From positions 27,571,469 through 27,635,468 of the forward strand of contig CM119264.1 in assembly GCA_051294375.1 (NCBI GenBank): 64,000 nt of DNA, given 5' to 3'. Below, one piece after another: positions 51,378 to 62,729 of this stretch; the stretch's first letter is position 1; each line of letters starts with the position of its first letter. The notes beneath the pieces were generated by a model that was not told the origin of the DNA, did not search any database, and saw only the letters and a program-made list of their open reading frames with translations. Both the position numbers and the translations under genes were made by a program. Origin of the DNA: Paraspadella gotoi (Eukaryota; Animalia; Chaetognatha).

Positions 51378-53954
51378 AGCCTTCCGTGTGGATTGACGGC
51401 TCGGAGAAAGAGGAGAGAGGAAGGGTTTAGAGAGAGAGACCGGTGTAAGTCGCCTCACAACGATTAAATCATAATGTTGACCATAAAGACTATAATGACG
51501 ACGACGATGACCGCAATGTCAGTACAAAAACTAAAACAAAAAATAAAACAAAAACAAAAACAAAAACTAAAACAAAAACTAAAACAAAAACTAAAACAAA
51601 AACTAAAACAAAAACTAAAACAAAAATAACGACCACAATAACGACGACTGCAATCACGAAAACAGAAGCGACGACGGCAACGACGATGACTACAATTACC
51701 AAATTACCAGTGACAGCGACGTAGACGACGACGATGACGACGACGACCTATTTCAACAACGACCACAAAATCTTTATCAACAACGACACCAACAACATCA
51801 TCGAGGACGACAACAACGACGGCAAAGACAACGACGGCAAAGTCAACGACTACAACTGCTACGAGGTCCCACCTTCATCGTCCTCCTCCGACTCCAGCTC
51901 CTCGACGAGGCTTTGCAACTCCAGCACGACCCAAAAGGCTCCGATTCCCAAGCAAAACAAGACGGTCGTCACCGCCGTCTTGAGGCGAGAATCGTTGCGA
52001 CTAAAGATTCGATCTCTTAAGATTTTCACTCCTTGTTTCCAACTATCAATCTGAGGAGGAGGAGGAGGAGGAGGAGGAGGAGGAGGAGGAAGAAGAGGAT
52101 GTTGGGCGTGGTAGAAGTTGCTAAAACAGCCACAATGGTTCTTTCATAAAGTTGACAATACGTTTAGTCGAATTTCGTCAAATTTCACATTGCAACCGTC
52201 ATACTCATACGGAAAAAGTTAAAACAAATATGACTTAATTTGTTGGCCATTAACCGTAAAACTTTTCATACGCAACTGTGTTATTCCTTTCGCTTCCGTC
52301 ATTCCAACACATAACCTTACCCTCTCACTTCTGCTCATCACCCTACCTCACCCTCCATCGTCCCCCCAAGCCTTCCTCACCTCCTCCGACTCGATCCCTG
52401 TTCGGCAGCAGCAAAGCAGATCGAGGCGCTCGTGAAACAGCAGCAGCAGGAGACAATTGAAGGTGAGCCAAGAAAAGATGAGCAACGTGGAAGCGAAAAA
52501 GAGAAAGAAGGCGGAATCGTCGTCGCCAAAGACTTTGCACCAACATGTGGAGAAACTACGATGCGATTTGTCTCGACTGACGTTGACGCCGCCTTGGAAG
52601 AGGCGCCGGGCGTTGAAGGAGCCGTTGAGGCTGGAGTTGCCGAAGTCGTTGTCCAACGCAATGGATTCGTTGGCGTCTCGACTGAGATTGATGAATTCAG
52701 TTTCGTCCAGACTGGAGTTGAAGGCTGCCTCGTTGAGATAGGCGTTCCTTGTCGGTCCAATCGTTTTGTCCGCGATTTTTTGACCGGCGTTGAGGTGCGC
52801 TCCCGAGCTGAACGAGCTCTTGCGATGTACGGCCGGCTCCTTTATTCGCTCCAGTACAGCTTCGAATAACTGAAACAGCTCGATCGAAGAAACTGCGATC
52901 ATAATGGCGAGAGGAGAGATGAGCCGTCCCAAACACTTCATACCGATTTTCTTTAAGGGCTGGATAATTGTTATATCGATTAAATCATTAATAGATATCG
53001 CAAAGATCAGTGGTGTCACGTAAAATGCCAGATGGTTATTTGAACTTTTTAATCGTTTTCTGTTTTGGTATTCACTTTCCTCTATACCTTTAAGAATTTG
53101 TATTTTAAGAATTCGACGATTTAAACAAACAAAATTCCGTTTTTAGATTAACACCAAATGTAAAGGTTAAAAATTTCTTTGAGTAACACGAAAATTCGAG
53201 GTTTGATCTCTTATTAAACCATAAAAATAAAATGTTGAATTGGATAAGAGTTTTCGTTCGAATAAAAAAATTTAAGTCTTTCAAAATCTCTTAAAGTGTG
53301 AGTTTTAATTTAGTATATCGCTTAGTATTTAAGGCTGGGATTTAAATATTTACATACAAATTGTACGCTTTACTTTGTTATAATCTTTTAAGAGGGATGA
53401 AGTTCTTAACAAACTTAAGGGCAAAAAAGCAAGTTTATGAAATGAATGGATTATTTTTATATTAGTTGCACCTATTTCAGAGTAGTCAAAATAAGTTAAG
53501 TATTTAATTTATTATATTCCCTCTCAGGTTAACTGACAACTTCATTTTAAACACGTATATCGGGTCCTACGCCAATAGCCACGGTATCCCACACGAAGGA
53601 GCGACCGTCTCTTACTTCAACAGAAAATTGATTAGTTATTCCGTTTGGATCCAAGAAAAGTTTGGTAAATTTAAAAATGGGTGAGGGTTTGATATTAAAA
53701 GTGAGTTTAGAAAACAAATGAGATTAGTTATTATAGTTTAACATTCTTTTTTTAACTTTCAGATGAAGAAGCCTTCTGCCGTCCTGGTTGCTACTTGAGA
53801 CCCTGCGTTAACGACGGCGTCTGCGTGAAAAACGACAAACGCGGTATTAAAATATGACTATATCTATAACAGTTGATAATTATTTATTAAAAAAGTAATA
53901 AAAATATATAATAGGATAATGGTCAAAATGGTCTGCAAGTGATGGACAAAGTTT

Positions 53955-54028
<74 letters not shown>

Positions 54029-54312
54029 CTCTCCAGGCTACGAATGCAATTGTCCTCCTGGTTTCGTTGGTCGCAACTGCGAAGAAAACATCAACGAATG
54101 TCTTCCTTCTCTTTGCAGAAACGGAGCCATTTGCGTCGACGGCGCCAACGACTACAAATGCTTGTGAGCTGCAGATGCAGTTCCATTCATTCATTCATTT
54201 ATTTGTTTATTTATGTATATATTTGTATATTTATATATTTTTAAATTTATTTATTTTTCTATTTATTCATTAAATATTTTATTTATTTATTCATTAAGTC
54301 ATTCATTTGTTA

Positions 54313-54375
<63 letters not shown>

Positions 54376-55015
54376 CATTGATTCATTGATTCATTTATAC
54401 ATTCATTCATTTAGTTGCCCGCCTGGCTTTCACGGGCAGGATTGCGACATCCCGGACGTCTCCATATCTGTACCGGATGTTCGCTGCGTCGACGTCGTTC
54501 CGGATGTAATAGGAAAGACTATAATTCTAAAAAGGAAGGTATGATATTTGCGACCCTGCTCAAAATAAGAATTGATAATTTTATATTGTTTGTAAATATT
54601 TAAAATTTATTTTTATTAATTTTAAACAACTTCCAGATAACAATCTGCGCCCACGTCCAACAAGCAATGGAATTGAAGCACAGTGTCGACTCGATGGCAG
54701 AAAGTCTCCAGCTTTTGGGATTTAGAATTTCCAAGTTTGAGCTGCTGAATATCATAGCGGGTAAGGCTAGGGGTTTAAAAGAAAAGTGAGGTCATTAAAA
54801 TTATGACAGTGGAAGTCGGGGAAATTTGAAATTATAATGGTACGTACGTAATTTTTTGGGTTTTTTACTTAATTTTTTCTTTAATGTTTTTTCTTTTCGT
54901 AGTTTCAGCCAAAGAAAAATTGGACTACGAAAATTTTCCCTTGGACTGCATTCGTAAGGGAAAGTTGAAAACTGTGCAAGAAATAATGGCAGCAATGAAA
55001 AAGTCTCGCGTGAAA

Positions 55016-55046
<31 letters not shown>

Positions 55047-55501
55047 CAAGAGAAAGAAACGTTTCACATTCTAAAACCTTTCACTCCAGACGATGTCAGA
55101 AAGTGCCCAGGACAGCATCACGGTGGCCGTGACTTTTTTCAGAGGCCGAGTCGTAGATGGAGAGAAAAGCATGGTGAACATGTTGAAAAAGCAGGGAGAG
55201 CAATGCGATGGTGGTGAGGATGGGTGAGGCGGTGTTGAAATAGTCAATATGTTAAAAAAAAATAAATTAACGAAAAAGAGACAAAATAATAATAAAAATG
55301 ATACGTAAAAAAACATCCAACTGCCGATCCACTTCGCCTTTGACGTAACGACGAATACTTCGCCTTTGACCCATTTTCGCCACAGGACCCTGTACCAAAG
55401 ACGACATCCTCTTTATCATCGCGACGAAGATTTTGCCTCAAGACGATTTTTACGATTCCTTTAATTTGAATTCGTACAGAAATTTTAGTTCTCTTTGTTG
55501 A
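36059..55501 (+). CDS. Paralogue B: secreted mosaic protein (signal peptide, 2 dermatopontin-like domains, ricin-B lectin, 2 EGF, uncharacterised C-terminal domain); host of nested genes
   Basis: Exons: 36059-36129 [19 protein letters not shown]; 36266 [30 protein letters not shown]; ~38972-39051 LFKFTC..SCHHLET; 42653 [16 protein letters not shown]; 42931 [10 protein letters not shown]; 44633; 44852; 45123; ~45287; 45668 (SDSQLW); 45941-46021 (SPSQKW); 53528; 53763; 54037 ([21 protein letters not shown]); 54415; 54637; 54903; 55090; 55387 to TGA 55501. Exon order matches A; two early exons probably fall in the gap or noisy region. Confidence 0.85.
39281..41281 (-). CDS. Monocarboxylate transporter-like MFS protein (SLC16 family), two exons, nested antisense in an intron of B
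   Basis: Exon 41281-40626 with the [12 protein letters not shown] signature; exon 40253-39281 with [22 protein letters not shown] and further TM helices; phase-2 junction is in frame. Confidence 0.93.
40321..40480 (+). mobile_element. 5'-truncated copy of the tRNA-derived SINE, in the MCT intron
   Basis: ccaaaggtccggggttctagcccggtggtcgcc...aacaataattactgtc matches the reverse complement of 1331-1485. Confidence 0.85.
43095..44400. repeat. A/G-rich low-complexity intronic tract
   Basis: Almost pure purine; produces spurious poly-Phe ORFs on the minus strand. Confidence 0.9.
46123..48982 (-). CDS. Secreted VWA + two F5/8-type-C (discoidin/galactose-binding-like) domain protein, nested antisense in an intron of B
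   Basis: [14 protein letters not shown] at 48982; RRKR then [13 protein letters not shown] (MIDAS-like); exons [37 protein letters not shown]; last exon 47039-46123 holds two ~145-aa repeats (ASSIYS..NA.KAF..CLWAS..MPQ.VWY.F..KFAFSSR..W..LL). Confidence 0.88.
49695..52941 (-). CDS. XK-related multi-pass membrane protein, four exons, nested antisense in an intron of B
   Basis: Exons 52941-52381, 52050-51873, 51254-51024 and 50647-49695 join in frame (phases 0,1,1). [13 protein letters not shown] resembles XK-family ESAPQLxLQ; [10 protein letters not shown] resembles LLQLGPLW; many hydrophobic helices. Confidence 0.7.
51272..51457. mobile_element. Small MITE with TGAGGCGACTTAC TIRs and 4-bp TSD (caac)
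   Basis: caac-TGAGGCGACTTACcaccgctctctc...gagagagaccggtGTAAGTCGCCTCA-caac; one-ended copy at 3014-3074. Confidence 0.8.
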
Positions 55502-55988
55502 ACGATGTCGGAATGTTGTTCACTATAATAGTTTATTTTTAAAAATTTGAATTTAGTTTAATTAAATAATACACTGATACACTGACAAGCACTCTTTTTC
55601 ACTTATAATTTCCCTAAATTGTTCCTTTTTTTCCCAATACACATTTAAATTTTTCAGTCGATGTACTAAAGGGAGCAGCACCTGCTACTGAAACTCTCCT
55701 ATATAGTAAAGAGTAAACAACGGAGCATCGCGTGTTGGTTTTTTTGGCGAAAATATTCGCTTACTTCCGTTCTGTATCTCACTAATGTCAGCCTCTTTTC
55801 TGTAATTATTAAAATCACGTGCCTTGCCAACTAAAGAACCAATGTATCGTTCATTAGCATAATTTCCTTTCTTGTTAGGTTTCATTGTTTTTATAACAAA
55901 CTTGAGTTTCTTACTTATCACTTCTACTTGAACCTGCGTTTTTATGTATTTACCAAAATAAGCCATTTCTCTCTCTCTCTCTCTCTCT

Positions 55989-56035
<47 letters not shown>

Positions 56036-56310
56036 GCTCCCATTTTATGTTTCTCAAGAACATGCTCTAGAATCGGGCGCGACGCCGAGGCGATGGAGGC
56101 CGGCGTCGGAGAAAAACCGTTTGTCTCAAAGTGATCTGCGGTACCCGGGATAAATTTTTAAAATTATTTTTTTAAATATAGTATATGAATAATTTTTAAA
56201 AAAATGATAATAATTTTGAATAATTTTTTTATCAGTGCTTTTACTTAATTAAAAAAATTATTATCATCGATAAAAAATTAAATATATAAATATTTTTTAC
56301 TTTTTATTAA

Positions 56311-56554
56311 GAGAAAATCAAAGTTTTTGAATTGTGCAACAAATTTTTTATTTATTCAATACGGACATGTTTTTGCTTGTAGTTTTTAAGCCTTCATCAA
56401 CGTCTATTACGTAATAGACACTGATAAAGGCTTAAAAACTACAAGCCGAAACATGTCCGTATTAAATAAATACAAAATTTGTTGCACAATTCAAAAACTT
56501 TGATTTTCTCTTAACACATAAATAACAAAAAAAAAAAAGATTTTCACATCATGA
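56311..56554. mobile_element. Penelope-like palindromic micro-element with two back-to-back hammerhead motifs and 14-bp TSD
   Basis: Near-perfect palindrome 56307-56514 centred at 56410/56411, a one-sided 40-nt tail, and direct repeat ttactttttattaa at 56297-56310 and 56555-56568. Confidence 0.85.
56417..56460 (+). ncRNA. Minimal hammerhead ribozyme motif, mutated; mirror copy on the minus strand ~56361-56404
   Basis: Plus: CUGAUAA a GGCUU aaaaacuac AAGCC GAAAC au GUC cgu. Minus: gacg UUGAUGA a GGCUU...AAGC aaaaac au GUC cgu. The two arms together reconstruct an intact CUGAUGA/GAAAC consensus. Confidence 0.7.
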
Positions 56555-56759
56555 TTACTTTTTATTAAATTTTAAAAAAATATTTATTTTTACAATACAA
56601 AAACAAAAAAGAAGAAGATTTTAATTATTTTAAATAATAAAATTTAATAATATTAATATTTATAATTTTTTATTAATAATCATAAAATAAATAAAATAAT
56701 ATTTATAATATTTATAATTATTTTAAAAGAATTGATATTTAACCAAGTGGATATTGCCT

Positions 56760-57415
56760 AGTTTCGTATCCACGACCGAGAAAAAAAAAGGAACAAAAAC
56801 TCGAAAAAAAAGTAAAAACATAAAGCGCAGGCGGGGATTAACAAGGGGCGTAACGGTCCCCGGGGACCAAGCGAAAGAATAGGGGTGCAGGGGAAATAAA
56901 AGGGGGAGAGAATCTGAATAGGATTAGGGGTGAGAGGAAAGAAGAGATTAGGGAAGATAGGAAGAGGAATGCAATGAGGTAAGGAGTGGAAGGAGGGAAG
57001 AAGTGTGAGATTAATAGGGTAAGGGGTAGTAAGATGGAATAAGATGGGTGCTATTATTAAGGTAAGGAAAGATAGGAAGAGGAATGCAATGAGGTAAGTT
57101 GTGGAAGGAAGGAAGAAGGTGTGATTAATAGGGTAAGGGATGAGAAAAAGACGCATTAGATATGGTATGCTGTAGAAGGAAGAAGAAGAGTGGGACCGCA
57201 CACCTTACCCGCTTAATGCGGTGGGTAAGGGACAGGAGTGAGAAGAAGAACGCTATGAAAAGTTGAAGTGATTCGAGGCAGAAAGAGAAACGCGACGAAT
57301 AAGAGAATTCTAGGTGCTGGGCGAGAAAAGGAAAGCGAGCGGAGAAAGCGAAGCAACTTTTAGTGATTGGCTCCACAGCAGAATCTCGAACAATGCGGAA
57401 ATAACTTAACAACTT
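56760..57415 (-). mobile_element. Possible 3' fragment of a non-LTR retrotransposon
   Basis: Minus strand shows a coding-like stretch, a pyrimidine-rich UTR-like region with an internal ~70-bp direct repeat, and GC-rich hairpins (ggtccccggggacc; cttaccc..gggtaag). No RT motif is visible. Confidence 0.3.
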
Positions 57416-57597
57416 GCAATTTTTTAAACTAGATATTATGAGAATCCCAACAACTTTTTATCCATTTATTTTTTTTTATTCCTTTTTTAGCTATCAAGGT
57501 GTTTGGAAGCCAAACGGGCTGAGCCTGGGAGAACGTAGCAGATTTTAAAAAAATGGGAAAGGAGAGGGAGAGAAGCAGAAACCAAATTAGTTATGAA

Positions 57598-57686
<89 letters not shown>

Positions 57687-57766
57687 AAAAAATGTGAATA
57701 GAGCACGGCGACTACTTGGCGGGCTGAAATGAAACGAAGAGAGAAAAAAAACGCAGACTGAGTTTG

Positions 57767-57842
<76 letters not shown>

Positions 57843-58392
57843 AGAGAGAGAGAGAGAAAGAAGAGATAAAATGGGTCATGATGGCGGAGAAGGAGAAACG
57901 CTACAGGATTGTTTTGAAAGTGTTTTTAATGTTGCATCTGCATGTGATTCTCATTACATTATTACAGTATTGTAAACACTTCAGTGCCATTTTTCTAAAG
58001 ATTTACAATGAGAAATAAAGAAATGGTGCTCATAGCCATTTCTAAGAAAAGACGTTGATTCTAATTGAGGCCGTCACGACCGAAAGAAATTTTGACGTTT
58101 AATATTTAATATTCAGTTTTATACAAAATACATAAATCTTTGAATTCTTAACCAAATTACGACAGAAATGGTGACCTCGTGTTTTAAATATAAGACGGAA
58201 AAAATATATTTAAAAAAATGTAATTTTTGAAGATCAAAAGAAAAAAATGAAAATATTTAAAAAATGACATATAAAACGAAACTGTGAAACAAGTAAAAAG
58301 ATGACGACGTAAAAAGAAAAAGAGACAGAAAAAAGAGATGAGTAAAGACTGAGAAAAAGACATAAAAGAAAAAGAACACACTCTCTCTCTCT

Positions 58393-58503
<111 letters not shown>

Positions 58504-60456
58504 AACCAAAAAGATTAAAGCCATTACAAAAAAACGAAAATAAGAAAAAAAAGACCCAAAACAAAACGAAATGTTTTTGAGATACAACGCTTCCCTCAAT
58601 CGCGTTCGCATTAAGATTAGTATGAAATTGAGGCAACCAATATAAAAATTCTCTATTCATTCAATAAATAAACTAACTTGCTAAGTTTTAGTTAAAAGGC
58701 CTCTATCCGTTTTACAAGATAATAACATAGCAGGGCCCTCAATAAAGACTTTCTAACAGTCTAATAAATTATTCCAGACTTCCCTATCAATGAAGTGATT
58801 TATAATAGTATTTCAAAGTATGTGTTTTTTTTCAAATTTGTTTCAATTATGTAATTAGGGAAATAACATTTATTTACTAGTTAGTTAGTATATAATTATC
58901 AGAAAATGACCTAGTTTTTAATAAAAATAATAACTTATAATAATAAATATTAATAATAAATTTCAATAATAAATTTCAATAATATACTAAAATAATAAAT
59001 AATAGCTGAAAAATTAAAAAATATTTTATCAATGAAGCTAAAAAGATGTAACTTACGAACCATGAGCGATTCAGTATGCAATCCATCAAAAAAAGAAAAA
59101 AAAAAGCTAAAAATAAGAAGATAAAAAATGAGAAAGAAAATATTATTCCCTTTGGGTTTCGGTCCCAAATTCTCTTTTAATCTCAGCGAATATGAAAGAA
59201 GACTTTGATTGAGATCCGCCTCTCTGGCGCTAGTGGCGTGGCTCGGTCGTGGGAGGTGCCGGGCGTAGGTGGGAGGTGCCTGAATGGGGGTTGGCAGGTG
59301 TCGTTGGATTGAGGGAGGCACAGAGCCGGGCAGTGCGTGGCGCGGGATGGCAGGTGGCGGGGAAGTGTGTGTCAGGTTTAGCAAAGCGGGAGGGTCTCTC
59401 CGGTTTCGGAAAGGTGTTCCTACAAGTGGCGAGCAGGTGCCAAATATTAGGTATTCCTCCGAGTGGCGAGCAGATGCAAAACATTAGGGGTTGTTGATGT
59501 CGTTAAGTAGAGATGAGATGTGAGAAGAGTTTTTCCGACGTGAGGTTAAATCGCTTGCGGAAAAAGTTAGGAAATAATATTTGGAATTTAAGTTTTGACG
59601 TAAAGACAAAGTTTGATGTGGATGAGTGAAAAAAATAGGGAATCGTTTAAATTTGTTTAAAATTTCAAATGGTTGAATTTCTCTTCGATAGTACAGTTAG
59701 ATATTTCGGGTTTGAAACAGAGAGCGAGTTGGAAGATTGTGGAGAGAGGGGAAGAAAGTTTTGATGCGAGTATAATTAGGGAGAAAAGGAAAGGAAGGGA
59801 GAATCAAAAGAAAAGGGAAAGAGACATAGAAAGGCAGGAGTCAGAGAGGCGGAAGGAAGAAAGGGAGAGAGAGAGATAGTGAGAGACGGAGAATGTGAAT
59901 GAGAGAGAGAGAGTAAAAAAGAACGAAAGAGAGCGGGAGAGAGAGCGAAAGGGAGAAAGAAAGAAGGAAAGAAAGGGAAAGAGTAACGAGTAGAGAGAGA
60001 GAGAGGAATAGAGAGAGAAGAAGAAAGAGAGAGATTTGGAGAGATTGAGAGAGAAAGAAAGAAAGGACAGGGAAAGATCAAGAGGCGGGTAGGGAGGGAA
60101 GAGGGCGTTACAGGATGGGAGGCATATTCTCGCCTCTCGCATTCAACTCTTCTAATCGGACTTTTCAGGACTTTTTTTTTTCATCCTTTTTTATCGTCTT
60201 TTCACCGCCTTTCACTTTTTTTTTCACTGTGAGACTCGGGACGATTTTGCATCGTGAAGGTTCCGGTCGACTTAATATGTGATGGGGGAGAGGGGGAGGT
60301 AGTGAGGAGGAGAAAGAGGGGAGGAGGAAGAGGGGAAGAAGGGAGGAAAGGAAGGAGGAAAATAGATTCTAAATTTCCGATCGGGAAGAAAACATTTTAG
60401 CTCATTAAATTTCGAATCATTTTATAGCAACAAATGTTCTTTAGTTTTAAAAGTAT

Positions 60457-60640
60457 AGTTTATTCCTTTTAAAGAAGAGACGGACAGATGGACAGTTTAG
60501 TACAGTTTATTCCTTTTAAAGAAGAGTCGGACAGATGGACAGTTTAGTACAGTTTATTCCTTTTAAAGAAGAGTCGGACAGATGGACAGTGAAGTACAGT
60601 TTATTCCTTTTAAAGAAGAGACGGATAGATGGACATTGAA
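60457..60640 (+). repeat. 47-bp minisatellite, about four copies
   Basis: agtttattccttttaaagaagagtcggacagatggacagtttagtac starting at 60457, 60504, 60551 and 60598. Confidence 0.92.
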
Positions 60641-60743
60641 CTCCGTGAAAACCTCGACTGAGAAAGACGGATCGATTTTTATCTTTTGTCATTTCCGATT
60701 TTTAATCTCGTTTCTCGCGAGACCTAATTGAAACGACATCTGA

Positions 60744-60827
<84 letters not shown>

Positions 60828-61474
60828 CTATCTCTGTTTCCACCTTTTAGTCCCGCCTGTTCCTCCGTTCACTCTATTTCCAGCGTTTCCGGTTTTTTTT
60901 CTCAATATTTTCCAGTTAATAATTCAACAAATTTTCCGCTATTTCCACTCTGTCTTTTTCCATCATTCAATATTTTCCCACAGAGATAATTTTTTTCTCT
61001 TATTAGACCCAAGTTAGTAAGTATACAGACATAGAGTTTCATAAAAAACGTTTGCACACTTAATCAGACGTAATATAAGATAATGTTCTGAATATAAAAA
61101 TATTTTAAGTTTTAATGCATCGTAACATAGAGAGATCCGCGAGACGAATTACGTCAATTTCAGTATCTTTTATTAAATGTTAAAGAGCGCAGTCGAAGCG
61201 CGGTCAAAAAGAGACAAAAGATACTAGAGCGAACCTGGCGGATATTCGCGAATTTTGCAGTAAAAAGAGCATCTTTTACCCTGTGGAAATCTGACGGTGA
61301 GTTTAGTTTTTTTTAATTAACATATGTATTATTAATAATATTTTTCTATGTTTTATTAATAATTTCATAATGCTTAATAATTTTATATAAGTTTTTTAGT
61401 AGCTGCATGTTTGTGAATTTATTTAATTAGTTTTTTCTGTTTTTTTATAGGAAAACATTTTAATTGGTGTTCTA

Positions 61475-62235
61475 TACATCGTTTTATGAGGAAAAACGCA
61501 CATATTATTTTTATTTGAGACAATATATTTTCTCGGTTAACATCGCTTAACCATTAGTTCTATTTGCGAAGTAAATGCAGAAAAACAGACACCAAAAAAG
61601 GTAAAAAATTATTTTGTTAAATAGAGAGAGAGAGAATAAGAGTGAAAAGAAAATATGACGGTCAAGGTAAGGACAAGAAAGCTCAAGAGAAAGAAAGAGA
61701 AAGAACCTACCCCCCCCATCTCAATAGTCTTTTAGTATTTGGTTAGAAGAGGATCATAGCGTGTGTTATTTATCATGATTTGAGAGTTAGGGTCAGTCGT
61801 TGTAGGCTATGTTTTCCCGTTCTGTCCACTTTGACGACGAATCTCCAGGCTACTCTACGAACATGGCAAATCGAATTCAAGTTTTTTTTCATGGTTTTTT
61901 GGTTTGAAAAGTTGCAAGGTACCACAGGGTCTTCCCAGGCGGATTCACCTTCGCAAGATTTTGCAATTGTTTGACTGGATTCTCCGACATATTCTGGCTG
62001 TCGTGTGAATTTACTTTCTCTTTCTTTTCTCTTGAGAGCTTTTTGTCCTTAACTTGACCTCATAATTCTTTCACTCTTATTCTCTCTCTCTCTTTTAACC
62101 AAATTTTTTTTACTTTTTGTGTCTGTTTTTCTTGCATTTACTTTCGCAAAAATTGATACTTCATGTTTAAGCGATGTTAACCGAAATAATTGCTCAATAA
62201 TAAAATATATATGCCGTTCCTCATAAACGATGTTA
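61475..62235. repeat. ~230-bp imperfect inverted repeat around a ~300-bp spacer
   Basis: 61475-61705 matches the reverse complement of 62013-62235 with many small indels; a related repeat fragment lies at 42450-42545. Confidence 0.8.
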
Positions 62236-62729
62236 ATCCACTCAATACTATGGTACTCATTACCGCATATACGATGACTCTCAGAAAACATTTTTAGAAA
62301 TTAATCGCTATTTTGTGTTTTGTGCCTGTAACTAAAGTTCAGTCTCTGAACATGGGATATTTGTAAGAGAAATGTAAGTTATAAAATATGATCTGGTATA
62401 TTAGTAAAATGATTAGAATAACAATGAAAGTTATAATATTGGAATATTTAATAAAGATGAAAATTTTTTTTAACAATAACAATATTTATACAAACAAACA
62501 TAAATGGCTTTTAAACGGGACTATGATTTTATGTACAATTTTTTATCCCCTTCTTCTAACTATTATTATATTATAGAAGTCATTTTTCCTATTACTATAG
62601 TTTTCATTTTATAACTAATTAATAGCCAATAATATAAGGATGAATGAGGGTTTGAGACACCATAGTCAACACTTTTCTTCAATTATAAGAAAATACTATC
62701 CTCGGGATTTTTTTTTAGGTTTCAGTCAT

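Noticed and set aside
55685-55966. 93-aa minus-strand ORF and scattered exon-like pieces at 56040-56140, 57870-58000 and 59220-59490
   Set aside because: No recognisable motif and no consistent spliced model could be built; a gene here is not excluded.
58061-58086. Further hammerhead candidate (ctaattgaggccgtcacgaccgaaag), and another near 11100-11170
   Set aside because: Core and stems are too degenerate, with no TSD or clear family tail.
60457-60640. CRISPR-like regular repeats
   Set aside because: Head-to-tail 47-bp units with no unique spacers or cas genes, in a eukaryotic context.
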